Shown here: positions 38,323-47,207 of the stretch, in pieces | Layout of the letters: each line of letters begins with the position of its first letter | Position numbering within the stretch: position 1 is the stretch's first letter | NCBI GenBank assembly: GCA_963752475.1 | Contig: CAVVYR010000014.1 | Span: 64,001-128,000, forward strand | DNA length: 64,000 nt | Direction of reading: 5' to 3' | Source: an uncultured Chloroflexia bacterium | GTDB taxonomy: Bacteria; Chloroflexota; Limnocylindria; Limnocylindrales; CSP1-4 | Made by a program: the position numbers and the translations under genes | The notes under the pieces: model-generated | The model's input: the letters and a program-made list of their open reading frames with translations, nothing else | Databases searched by the model: none | What the model was told of the DNA's origin: nothing

Positions 38323-38714
38323 GCGCCGAAGAGCAATTCCATCCAGGCGTCGAACGGCGCCATCCGCTCCTCGACGTCGAGCGGCCCGATGGGCGTGATG
38401 GGCTCCGGGGTCGGCGCATCTTCCGGCAACACGAACAGCTTCTCCCCCTGGCTCTTCTGACCAAAGCCGAGGGCGCGCGCCTGCCAGCGCACGAACTCCT
38501 CGGTCTCGAATAGGGCCTGCTCGGCCTCACCCTCGGCGAGCTCCAGCTCGAGCGCGGCCACCTCGACGCGGGCCTGCTCCGCTCTCGACTCGACATCGGT
38601 GGAGCGATCCAGCGAACCGCTGAAGAGCACCACGAGCGCGGTCGCCACGGCCAGGATCGCCGCCACGGCCAGGGCGCGGCGGCCGAAGAACGGAGCTTGA
38701 CGGATGGCGGACAT
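38319..38714 (-). CDS. Septum formation initiator (FtsB/DivIC-like)
   Basis: TM, coiled coil, FVRWQARALGF..GEK. Confidence 0.65.
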   Translation of the reverse strand: MSAIRQAPFFGRRALAVAAILAVATALVVLFSGSLDRSTDVESRAEQARVEVAALELELAEGEAEQALFETEEFVRWQARALGFGQKSQGEKLFVLPEDAPTPEPITPIGPLDVEERMAPFDAWMELLFGA

Positions 38715-38722
38715 CGAGGGTG

Positions 38723-38752
38723 AGCGTAGAGATGTCGCCGAGGTGGTGTCAA
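38723..38752 (-). promoter_or_regulatory. Sigma70-type promoter for a leaderless FtsB-like gene
   Basis: TTGACA (38752-47), 18 nt, TACGCT (38728-23), 8 nt, ATG. Confidence 0.75.
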
Positions 38753-38766
38753 ACGGGCGGTCGGCC

Positions 38767-38801
38767 TGCTAGACTTCGTCCTTCAAACCGAACGGATGGT
38801 C
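38767..38801 (+). promoter_or_regulatory. Extended -10 plus a near-consensus LexA box upstream of the helicase
   Basis: TGcTAGACT at 38767-75; GAAC-ggat-GGTC at 38790-38801, one mismatch to GAAC-N4-GTTC. Confidence 0.5.
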
Positions 38802-38840
38802 TGTTTCATAGAGGTCGTCAAGATGAGACTCCATCAACCC

Positions 38841-41150
38841 ATGACTCCACTCGACGCACTCGAGCGGTTCCTCGCCGAGCCGGGCATCGGCGCGGCCGTG
38901 GCCGCACGCGAGGTGCTGCCCGCCCGCGAGGCGGTGTTCGCCCCCTTCCCGGAGTGGCTGGACCAGCGCCTCATCGGCGCGCTCGAGGGACGCGGCATCA
39001 GTGCGCTCTACAGCCATCAGAGGGAGGCGCTCGATGCGCTCCACGACGGCGAGGACGTGGTCATCGTCACGCCCACCGCATCGGGCAAGTCGCTCTGCTA
39101 CAACCTGCCAGTCCTGCAGGAGGTCTGTGAGGACCCGGCGGCGCGGGCCCTCTACCTCTTCCCCACCAAGGCCCTCAGCCAGGACCAACTGGCCGAGTTT
39201 CGCGACCTCTCCGAGCAGGCGCGCATGGATCTCTCGGCGGCGGTCTACGACGGCGACACCCCGACGCCTATCCGGGCGGTCGTACGTGAGGCCGGCCAGG
39301 TCGTGGTGACGAACCCGGACATGCTGAGCACCGCGGTGCTGCCCCACCACACCAAGTGGTTCCAGCTCTTCGAGCAACTGCGTTACATCGTGGTCGACGA
39401 GGCCCATACCTACCGAGGCATCTTCGGCAGCCACGTGGCCAACGTCCTACGGCGGCTGTTGCGAGTGTGTGCTCACTACGGCAGCAACCCGCGCATCGTC
39501 TGTTCTTCAGCCACCGTGGGCAATCCTGGCGAGCTGGCGCAGACGCTGACGGGCCGGCCGTTCCGTGTCATCGACAAGAGCGGTGCGCCGACCGGTGAGC
39601 GGCACGTGGTCGTGCTCGATCCTCCGCCCATCGACCGACGTACAGGGGTCCGGCCCGGGCCCCACGCCCTGGCCTACAGGGCGGCGCTCTCGTTCCTGCG
39701 AGCCGGACGCCAGACCATCGTCTTCGGCCGCGCGCGAGTGGCCGTGGAGCTGCTGTTGAGCTCGCTGCGTGAGGCCATGCGTGAGGGGCGCGGACCGATC
39801 GACCGTCTGCGTGGCTACCGATCCGGCTATCTGCCCAGCGAGCGGCGCGCCATCGAGACCGGACTGCGCAATGGGGAGATCCTCGGGGTCGTAGCCACCA
39901 ACGCGCTCGAGCTGGGTATCGACATCGGTGCCCTCGATGCCTCGATCCTGGCCGGCTACCCGGGCACCATCGCCGCGACGTGGCAGCAGATGGGTCGCTC
40001 CGGCCGTCGCGGGGAGACCAGCGTGTCCATCCTCGTGGCCGGTGCCGGCGCCCTCGACCGCTACGTGGCCAGCCACCCGCAGTACCTCTTCGAGGCCACT
40101 CCAGAGGAGGCGCGGCTGGACCCGGAGAACCTGCATGTGCTGCTGGCACACCTGCGCGCGGCGACCTTCGAGCTGCCCTTCGCCCCGGGCGAGTCGTTCG
40201 GCGCAGCCCCGGCTCACGACCTACTCGCCTTCCTGGCCGAGGAGGCGCATGTGCGCCAGGCCAGTGACGGGCGCTGGTACTGGGCCAGCGAGAACTTCCC
40301 GGCATCGGAGATCAACCTGCGTCTGGGTGCGCCGGAGAACGTGCTCATCATCGACACCGGGCCCGAGCGACCGCGCGTGCTGGGCGAGGTGGACCTCTTT
40401 GCCGCGCGGCAGCTGGTGCACCCCAAGGCCATCTACCTGCATGACTCGCAGCAGTACCACGTGGACGAGCTGGACTGGGAGGAGCGCAAGGCCATGGTGC
40501 GGCCGGTGGACAGCGACTACTACACGCAGGCAGAGCTGGCGGTCACGCTCAAGCCGCTCGACGTCTTCGACCGGGCACCGCGTACCGCCGGCAGCCGCCA
40601 GCACGGCGAGGTCATGATCAGCTCGATCGCCACCATCTTCAAGAAGCTGAAGCTGGACACACACGAGAACGTCGGCTGGGGCTCGATCGACCTGCCGGAG
40701 ATGGAGCTGCACACCACGGCCTGGTGGGTCGCGCTCGATCCGCAGGGCGTGGCAGATTGGCGTCGCGAGGAGCTCGATGCCGCACTCGTCGGTGCCGGCC
40801 GGGCCCTGCAGACGGTGGCCAGCGTGCTGCTCATGGCCGATGCCCACGATCTCGGCCTGGTGGCCCAGGTCCAGTCGCCACACGCCGAGCAACCGGTCAT
40901 CTACCTGTGGGAGGCGGCCCCGGGTGGTGTGGGCATGTCCCCTCGTCTCTTCGAGCGGACCGAGGAACTCATCGAAGGCGCGCTCGACCTGGTCGGCGGG
41001 TGCGACTGCGAAGTCGGCTGTCCGGCCTGTGTCGGCCCGCGCGGCGAGAGCCGGCTCGATGGTCGGGCCCTGGCCACACGCCTGCTGCGCCATCTCACCG
41101 GCACGTCCGCCTCTGGCCTCGCGGCCACGCCGTCGGAGGTCGCGGCGTGA
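38841..41150 (+). CDS. DEAH helicase with C-terminal DUF1998 (MrfA/YprA/Hrq1 family)
   Basis: PTASGKS, PTKALSQDQ, DEAH, ATNALELGIDIG, QMGRSGR, CxCxxGCPAC. Confidence 0.93.
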   Translation: MTPLDALERFLAEPGIGAAVAAREVLPAREAVFAPFPEWLDQRLIGALEGRGISALYSHQREALDALHDGEDVVIVTPTASGKSLCYNLPVLQEVCEDPAARALYLFPTKALSQDQLAEFRDLSEQARMDLSAAVYDGDTPTPIRAVVREAGQVVVTNPDMLSTAVLPHHTKWFQLFEQLRYIVVDEAHTYRGIFGSHVANVLRRLLRVCAHYGSNPRIVCSSATVGNPGELAQTLTGRPFRVIDKSGAPTGERHVVVLDPPPIDRRTGVRPGPHALAYRAALSFLRAGRQTIVFGRARVAVELLLSSLREAMREGRGPIDRLRGYRSGYLPSERRAIETGLRNGEILGVVATNALELGIDIGALDASILAGYPGTIAATWQQMGRSGRRGETSVSILVAGAGALDRYVASHPQYLFEATPEEARLDPENLHVLLAHLRAATFELPFAPGESFGAAPAHDLLAFLAEEAHVRQASDGRWYWASENFPASEINLRLGAPENVLIIDTGPERPRVLGEVDLFAARQLVHPKAIYLHDSQQYHVDELDWEERKAMVRPVDSDYYTQAELAVTLKPLDVFDRAPRTAGSRQHGEVMISSIATIFKKLKLDTHENVGWGSIDLPEMELHTTAWWVALDPQGVADWRREELDAALVGAGRALQTVASVLLMADAHDLGLVAQVQSPHAEQPVIYLWEAAPGGVGMSPRLFERTEELIEGALDLVGGCDCEVGCPACVGPRGESRLDGRALATRLLRHLTGTSASGLAATPSEVAA

Positions 41151-42442
41151 CATCGGAGCTGGCGCCCACGCCGTCCAGCCTTTCGGGCGTGGACCCGATC
41201 GCCGCCGGTCAGCTGCGGCGCTCTCGTCTCCAGCGTCTGCGGGATGCCAACGTCCGCGACGCCGGGGAGATGGTGCGTCGCCCGGAGATCCCCGAGCCTC
41301 GCGCCGATCGCGCGCAACGGCTGGCCGCGGATGTCGGTGGTTTCGTGCAGGAGACCCCCGAGCGACCGATCGTCATGCTCGAGTCGCGAGAGCCCATCGC
41401 GCGCGAGCTCGATGGGCTGGCCGCGCTCCCGGAACCCGTGGACCCCACGCGACCCTTCGTCCTCTTCGACACGGAGACCACCGGTCTGGGCAGCGGTACG
41501 GGCACGGTGCCCTTCCTCGTCGGCGTGGGCAAGTGGGATGGCGACGACTTCGTGACCCATCAGCTGCTGTTGCCAGAACAATCTGATGAGGGCGGCTATC
41601 TGGACGCTTTGGAGGCGCTCATCCCACCTGACGCGGTACTGGTCTCGTACAACGGGCGCACCTTCGACTGGCCGTTGCTCGTGGCGCGCTACCGGCTGCA
41701 TGGGCGCAGGCCACCACGCTACGCGGAGCACCTGGACCTGCTCCCGTTGGCACGTTCGCTGTGGAGGCACCGGTTGCCGGACGCACGTCTGGCCTCGGTC
41801 GAGGCTGGCATCTGCGGTGTCCAGCGCGATCACGACCTGGCCGGGGCCCTGGTGCCGGGGCGTTATCTCGACTACCTCCGGCACGGTCGTGGCACACTCC
41901 TGCGTGATGTCCTCGAGCACAACCGGCAGGACGTGGTCTCGATGGCGCTGGTGTTGCGAGTGTTGTCGTTGGAGCTCGCGCCGGTGGCGGCCTCTGGTCG
42001 CGCGCCGGCATCGGTCCATGCCGGTGACCTCGGCGGTCTCGGGCGCGCCTATGCTCGGAAGAAGCGACACGACGAAGCCCTGACCTGCTTCGACGCGGCC
42101 ATGGAGCGCCTGGTCGAACCGTGGGAGTCACAGGCCTACGAGTCCATCGCCATGGATCGAGCACGCACGCTGACACGCATGGGTCAGCGAGCTGAGGCCG
42201 AGGGCGCCTGGCACGCCATCGCCCTCGAGGGTGGCGAGCACGCGGCCTGGGCCTGGTTGCACGTAGCCAAGCATCGTGAGCACGACACCCGCGACTTCGA
42301 GGCTGCGCTGGAGGCGACCGAGCGAGCGCGGGCGCTTGCCGAGCGCCGCCGGCTCTTCGGGCTACGGGACCGCCATGTCGAGCGAGATCTGGCCCGTCGG
42401 GTCCCTCGCTTGCGTCGTCGGCTGGCGGCGGCCGCGGCCTAG
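41147..42442 (+). CDS. RNase_H_2 (DEDD) exonuclease plus TPR (MrfB/YprB-like)
   Basis: FDTETTGL, SYNGRTFD, HLDLL, EHNRQD, AKHREH; GTGA overlap with the helicase. Confidence 0.9.
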   Translation: MTSELAPTPSSLSGVDPIAAGQLRRSRLQRLRDANVRDAGEMVRRPEIPEPRADRAQRLAADVGGFVQETPERPIVMLESREPIARELDGLAALPEPVDPTRPFVLFDTETTGLGSGTGTVPFLVGVGKWDGDDFVTHQLLLPEQSDEGGYLDALEALIPPDAVLVSYNGRTFDWPLLVARYRLHGRRPPRYAEHLDLLPLARSLWRHRLPDARLASVEAGICGVQRDHDLAGALVPGRYLDYLRHGRGTLLRDVLEHNRQDVVSMALVLRVLSLELAPVAASGRAPASVHAGDLGGLGRAYARKKRHDEALTCFDAAMERLVEPWESQAYESIAMDRARTLTRMGQRAEAEGAWHAIALEGGEHAAWAWLHVAKHREHDTRDFEAALEATERARALAERRRLFGLRDRHVERDLARRVPRLRRRLAAAAA

Positions 42443-42502
42443 GCGCGACGGCTTCGGCGGCTGCGGACAAGGGCACAGCCGCATGCGCTAGGGTCTTGAC
42501 CC

Positions 42503-43735
42503 ATGAGTGACGCCAGTGGCGCAGGCGCGGCGACGATCGAGTTCGAGCACGTCTCCAAGCACTACGACGCGGGAACGCTGAAGTCCGGCGCCCCTGGTGC
42601 GGTCGACGACCTCTCGCTGACGGTGCCCGCCGGGCGCATCTGCGTACTCGTCGGTCCTTCGGGTTGTGGCAAGACCACGACCTTGAAGATGGTCAATCGG
42701 CTCATCGAACCCAGCTCCGGACGCATCCTCATCGACGGCGTCGATATCGCGGGCCAGGACGTGACCGAGCTGCGGCGCGGTATCGGCTACGTCATCCAGC
42801 AGGTGGGCCTCTTCCCGCACCAGTCGATCGCCGAGAACGTCAGCACCGTGCCCCGCCTGTTGGGCTGGGGCAGGGACAAGCAGCGCGCCCGCGCCGACGA
42901 GCTGCTGGCGATCGTCGGCCTCGAGCCGGGCAAGTACCGCGACCGCTATCCCAGCCAGCTCTCCGGCGGAGAGCGCCAGCGCGTCGGTGTCGCACGGGCG
43001 CTGGCCGCAGACCCACCGGTCATGCTCATGGACGAACCCTTCGGCGCGGTCGACCCGATCGTGCGCGGACGCCTGCAGAACGAGTTCCTGCGTCTGCAGG
43101 AGGACCTGGCCAAGACCATCCTCTTCGTGACTCACGACATCGATGAGGCCATCAAGATGGGTGATCTCGTCGTGGTCATGCAGCTCGGAGGCAAGATCGC
43201 CCAGGTCGGGGCACCCGCGGAGCTCCTGGCTGACCCTGCCAGCGAGTACGTGGCCCGCTTCGTCGGTGCCGACCGCGGACTCAAGCGCCTATCGCTGTAC
43301 CGCGTTGGCGATGTCGCGCTTGAGCCGGCACCGGCCGTTCGCGTGGGCCAGTCCGTGGGCGACATCCTGGCCGAGCACCGCGAGACGTACCACGGCTTCG
43401 CCCTGCTGGTTGACGATGCGGAGCAGCCCATCGGCTGGGTGGAGATGGCCGAGCTGGACCCCGGCTCGCGGTTGCACGAGGAGGATGCCGATCCCATGTC
43501 TCCCCTCCTCGACCCGCGAGCGACGCTCAAGGACGCCACCTCCCGCCTGCTCGATGCGGAGGTGCGCAACGGCGTGGTCACCGACCGAGATGGACGCGTG
43601 CTGGGCTTGCTCACGCTGCGAGCGATCATGGACTGGATGCAGGACGACCGCTCGCGTGACGTGCCCGACGACATCGCCGATGCTGTCGCCGAGGCGGTCG
43701 TAGCCGACCAGGAGCCTACGCCGCCGGCGGCGTAG
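42503..43735 (+). CDS. Osmoprotectant ABC transporter ATPase with CBS domains
   Basis: GPSGCGKT, GYVIQQ, LSGGERQR, MDEPFGAVDP. Confidence 0.93.
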   Translation: MSDASGAGAATIEFEHVSKHYDAGTLKSGAPGAVDDLSLTVPAGRICVLVGPSGCGKTTTLKMVNRLIEPSSGRILIDGVDIAGQDVTELRRGIGYVIQQVGLFPHQSIAENVSTVPRLLGWGRDKQRARADELLAIVGLEPGKYRDRYPSQLSGGERQRVGVARALAADPPVMLMDEPFGAVDPIVRGRLQNEFLRLQEDLAKTILFVTHDIDEAIKMGDLVVVMQLGGKIAQVGAPAELLADPASEYVARFVGADRGLKRLSLYRVGDVALEPAPAVRVGQSVGDILAEHRETYHGFALLVDDAEQPIGWVEMAELDPGSRLHEEDADPMSPLLDPRATLKDATSRLLDAEVRNGVVTDRDGRVLGLLTLRAIMDWMQDDRSRDVPDDIADAVAEAVVADQEPTPPAA

Positions 43736-43744
43736 GGAGCGGAC

Positions 43745-44407
43745 ATGATCGAGATCCGCTGGGACTGGATCGCGAGCCACCTCGACGACGTGGCGGAGAA
43801 GACGTGGCAGCACCTGCAGCTGCTGTTCATCCCCATGGTCGCGGGCTTCGTCATCGCCTTCGCCCTGGCGGTGCTGGCGCTGCGCCGCCCGGGTACGGTC
43901 GGTCCGGTCACCGCGGTCACCGGTTTGCTCTACACGATCCCCAGCCTGGCCGCGTTCGCCGTGCTCATCCCCATCACGGGCCTGTCACTGATGACCGCCA
44001 TCATCCCGCTGACCACGTACACGCTGCTCATCCTCTACGTCAACACCGTGGCGGGTCTGCGCTCCGTGCCACCAGAGGTGAACGAGGCTGCCGACGCGAT
44101 GGGCTACACGCAGCGCGCCCGACTCCTGCGCGTACAGCTGCCGCTGGCCATCCCGCTGATCTTCGCCGGCATCCGCGTCGCGGCGGTCACGACCATCGGC
44201 CTCGTCACCGTGGCCGCCATCATCGGCGGCAATCGCTTCGGCGGACTCGGCCAGTTCATCACCGAGGGTCTGCAGACGGACTTCGACACCAAGATCTACC
44301 TCGGTGCCGTGGGCTCGGTCATCCTCGCCTTCGTCGTGGACGGGCTGCTCGTCGGGCTGCAACGGCTGCTCACACCGTGGACGCGCGCACGAGCGGAGGG
44401 CGGCTAG
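43745..44407 (+). CDS. Osmoprotectant ABC permease
   Basis: YTIPSLA, EAADAMG, LPLAIP. Confidence 0.92.
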   Translation: MIEIRWDWIASHLDDVAEKTWQHLQLLFIPMVAGFVIAFALAVLALRRPGTVGPVTAVTGLLYTIPSLAAFAVLIPITGLSLMTAIIPLTTYTLLILYVNTVAGLRSVPPEVNEAADAMGYTQRARLLRVQLPLAIPLIFAGIRVAAVTTIGLVTVAAIIGGNRFGGLGQFITEGLQTDFDTKIYLGAVGSVILAFVVDGLLVGLQRLLTPWTRARAEGG

Positions 44408-44410
44408 ACC

Positions 44411-45145
44411 ATGGAACAGCTGCTGGAGTTCTTCGCTGACTCGGCCAACTGGCAGGGGGACACGGGCATCCCGAACCGGCTGCTGGAGCACCTCGCCATC
44501 TCCTTCCTGGCCGTGCTCACCGCCTCGGCCATCGCGCTTCCGCTGGGGTTCTACATCGGGCATACCGGCCGGCTGCAGCTGCTGGGCATCAACATCGCCA
44601 ACATCGGTCGCGCCATCCCGTCCTACGCGGTGATGGTCATGCTGCTTCCGATCATGCTCGGCTTGGCGCCGATACTGGGCTACGACCCGCGGCTCGGTCT
44701 GCGCTTCTTCCCCATCTTCCTGGCCATGGTGCTGCTGGCCATCCCGCCCATCCTCGTGGCCGCCTACGCCGGTCTGCAGGAGGTCGATCGCGACCTCACG
44801 GAGTCGTCGCGTGGGATGGGTCTGACCGAGCGGCAGATCCTGACCGGTGTGGAGCTGCCGCTGGCGCTGCCGGTGCTGGTGGGCGGCTTCCGCGTTGCGC
44901 TGCTGCAGGTCATCGCCACCGCCACCATCGGCGCGTTCCTCGCTGGCGGCGGGCTGGGGCGCTACATCATCGACGGCATCGCCCGCCGTGACGACGGCAT
45001 GCTCTATGGGGGTGTCGTGCTCGTGGCTGTGCTCGCGGTAGGCACGGACGTCCTGCTCTCGTGGCTTGAGCGTCGGCTCACGCCCAAGGGGGTTCGTGTT
45101 GCCACCGAACTCGAGGCTGAGCGCGCCGGCGCAGCGACATCGTGA
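44411..45145 (+). CDS. Osmoprotectant ABC permease
   Basis: GRAIPS, ESSRGMG, GGGLGRYI. Confidence 0.92.
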   Translation: MEQLLEFFADSANWQGDTGIPNRLLEHLAISFLAVLTASAIALPLGFYIGHTGRLQLLGINIANIGRAIPSYAVMVMLLPIMLGLAPILGYDPRLGLRFFPIFLAMVLLAIPPILVAAYAGLQEVDRDLTESSRGMGLTERQILTGVELPLALPVLVGGFRVALLQVIATATIGAFLAGGGLGRYIIDGIARRDDGMLYGGVVLVAVLAVGTDVLLSWLERRLTPKGVRVATELEAERAGAATS

Positions 45146-45245
45146 GGGGCCGCTACACGGAAATCGAACCGACTGGGCTAGGGTTATGCCGTGATCGCCG
45201 TCGCCAGATGGCGCCCGGTCACCGAATCGACAAAGGGAGGTACCC

Positions 45246-46205
45246 ATGCGGAGTACCCGCAGACTCGCCCTCGGGGCGTCGGTCCTGGCCACGGTCGCGT
45301 TGGTCGGAACGACGGGAGGGGGCGCGATCGTCTCGGCCCAGGATCAGCCGACCGTGCGTATCGGCTCTGACGGCTTCTACGAGTCGCAGCTGATGGCCGA
45401 GATCTACGCCCAGGCGCTCGAAGCCAACGGCTTCGGCGTCGACCGCCAGCTGGCTATCGGCGCTCGCCCAGCGCGCGTCGAGGCCTTCGAGTCGGGCCAG
45501 ATCGACCTCACACCCGAGTACGTCGGCTCCGGCCTCGGCTTCTACGTCGTCGGCTCTGAGAACGAAGAGCTCGCGGCCATCGAGGTCAGCGGCGACGGTG
45601 AGACCAACCGCACCAACCTGCAGGCAGCCCTCGATATCTCCGGCGTCGATGCCACCGTGCTGGCCATCACGGCCGGTGAGGACACCAACGCCGCTGTCGT
45701 GCGTGGCGATACGGCTGAGGAGCTCGGTGTCTCGAGCATCAGCGATCTGGCTGCGGTGGCCGACCAGGTCACCTTCGGACTGCCGCCCGAGTGCGAAGTG
45801 AACGCGCTTTGCCGCGGCGCGCTCGAGGATGGCTACGGCATCGCCTGGCCGCCCGCGAACCTGGAGCTGCTCCCGCCCTGTGGCGCTGAGATGGCCGGCG
45901 CGCTCGAGGGCAACGCCATCGACGTGGCTTGGCTCTGCTCGACCCAGCCGATCATCGCCCAGAACGGGTGGGTGGTCCTCGAGGACGACCTCGATACCCA
46001 GCCCGCCGAGAACCTGGCACCGATCGTGCGCAACGACTTCCTCGAAGGCGTCGACGGTGGCGCTGAGGCCATCGCCGCCATCCTCGACCCCATCTCCGCC
46101 GAGGTCACGACCGACGTCCTGACCGAGCTCGGTGTGCGCGTCGCCGTGGACCAGGAGTCCATCGACGACGTGGCCGCTGAGTTCCTCTCCAGCCTGGAGG
46201 GCTAG
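45246..46205 (+). CDS. Glycine betaine/osmoprotectant ABC substrate-binding protein
   Basis: Signal peptide, FYESQLMAEIYAQALE, PEYVGS, VLEDD; GGGAGG RBS. Confidence 0.9.
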   Translation: MRSTRRLALGASVLATVALVGTTGGGAIVSAQDQPTVRIGSDGFYESQLMAEIYAQALEANGFGVDRQLAIGARPARVEAFESGQIDLTPEYVGSGLGFYVVGSENEELAAIEVSGDGETNRTNLQAALDISGVDATVLAITAGEDTNAAVVRGDTAEELGVSSISDLAAVADQVTFGLPPECEVNALCRGALEDGYGIAWPPANLELLPPCGAEMAGALEGNAIDVAWLCSTQPIIAQNGWVVLEDDLDTQPAENLAPIVRNDFLEGVDGGAEAIAAILDPISAEVTTDVLTELGVRVAVDQESIDDVAAEFLSSLEG

Positions 46206-46227
46206 CACGGACCATCCGCCAAGCGAA

Positions 46228-46265
46228 GAAGCGGCCTCGGGCACGACCCGGGGCCGCTTTCGTTC
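46228..46265 (+). terminator. Intrinsic, probably bidirectional terminator
   Basis: aagcggcctcggg pairs with cccggggccgctt, followed by tcgtt. Confidence 0.75.
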
Positions 46266-46273
46266 GTCTCGGG

Positions 46274-47197
46274 CTACATGCCCTGGCCGCGGAGCCACTC
46301 GCGGTTACGGGTGTGCAGCGCCAGCAGCGCCTCGGGCGTGTCCTCGTCCTTCACGAAACGGTCCTGTTCGACCGTGACCCAGCCGTCGTAGTCGCGCGCG
46401 ATGAGCGCCTCGAGGAATGGCTCGAGTCCCGCGGTGCCAGTGCCGAGCTCGCAGAACACACCACGGTCCCAGGCTTCGGTCATGCCGCCACCGGAGCGAC
46501 AGACCTCCGCCAGTAGGTCGAGGTCGCAGTCCTTGATGTGCACCAGGCGTACGCCATGGCCGTAGCTCTCGAGAAGCTCCAGTGGATCGGCACCGCCGAA
46601 GAGCGCGTGTCCGGTGTCGAGGCACATCCCCACCAGTCCAAGATCGAGGGCATCGAAGACGCGGTGGATCTCCGCGCCGCTCTCGCAGTAGCTGCCGGCG
46701 TGGAAGTGCAGCACCGGGTCGAAACCCCGACCGCGTGCCAGCTCGGCAGCCCGACCGATATTGTCGATGAAGGCGTCGAACCGCTCCGGAGGCAGCGTGG
46801 CTTCGGGATGAGCGTCGATCTGGCCGGCCCAGCGCATCCGCTCCGGCTCGACCGAGGCATCGGCCAGGACGGCCTTGGGCATGACCGCATCGGGACGGCC
46901 GGCTTCGAGCAGGTCGAGTACACCGCCCATCCAATCGAGGTCCTCCTCGATGTGCTCGGTGCGGCTGAAGCGGAGCGGCAGGAACGAGCCCACCATCGAC
47001 AGGCCACGGGACGAGAGCCGTTCCTTCATCAGCAGCGCCTCGCCGAAGAAGCCCGGTGGTCCCAGCTCCGTCCCGTCATAGCCGGCGGCAGCCATCTGAT
47101 CGAGCATCTGCTCGGGTCCCAGCTGCCGCGGGTCGTCGCCGGTCTGCTCGAACACACCCCACGAGACGGGTGCGGCCGCTACACGGATCTCGCCCAT
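46274..47197 (-). CDS. iolE: Myo-inosose-2 dehydratase-like TIM-barrel protein
   Basis: APVSWG, GTELG, HFHAG, LDTGH, HIKD, FCELGTG, VEQD; located in the iol operon. Confidence 0.75.
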   Translation of the reverse strand: MGEIRVAAAPVSWGVFEQTGDDPRQLGPEQMLDQMAAAGYDGTELGPPGFFGEALLMKERLSSRGLSMVGSFLPLRFSRTEHIEEDLDWMGGVLDLLEAGRPDAVMPKAVLADASVEPERMRWAGQIDAHPEATLPPERFDAFIDNIGRAAELARGRGFDPVLHFHAGSYCESGAEIHRVFDALDLGLVGMCLDTGHALFGGADPLELLESYGHGVRLVHIKDCDLDLLAEVCRSGGGMTEAWDRGVFCELGTGTAGLEPFLEALIARDYDGWVTVEQDRFVKDEDTPEALLALHTRNREWLRGQGM

Positions 47198-47207
47198 GAC
47201 TCCCCTC

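Noticed and set aside
36941-42442. Genomic island integrated at the tRNA; helicase as a DISARM/Druantia defence component
   Set aside because: No integrase, duplicated tRNA end or visible compositional shift. The partner gene is MrfB-like and there is no methylase.
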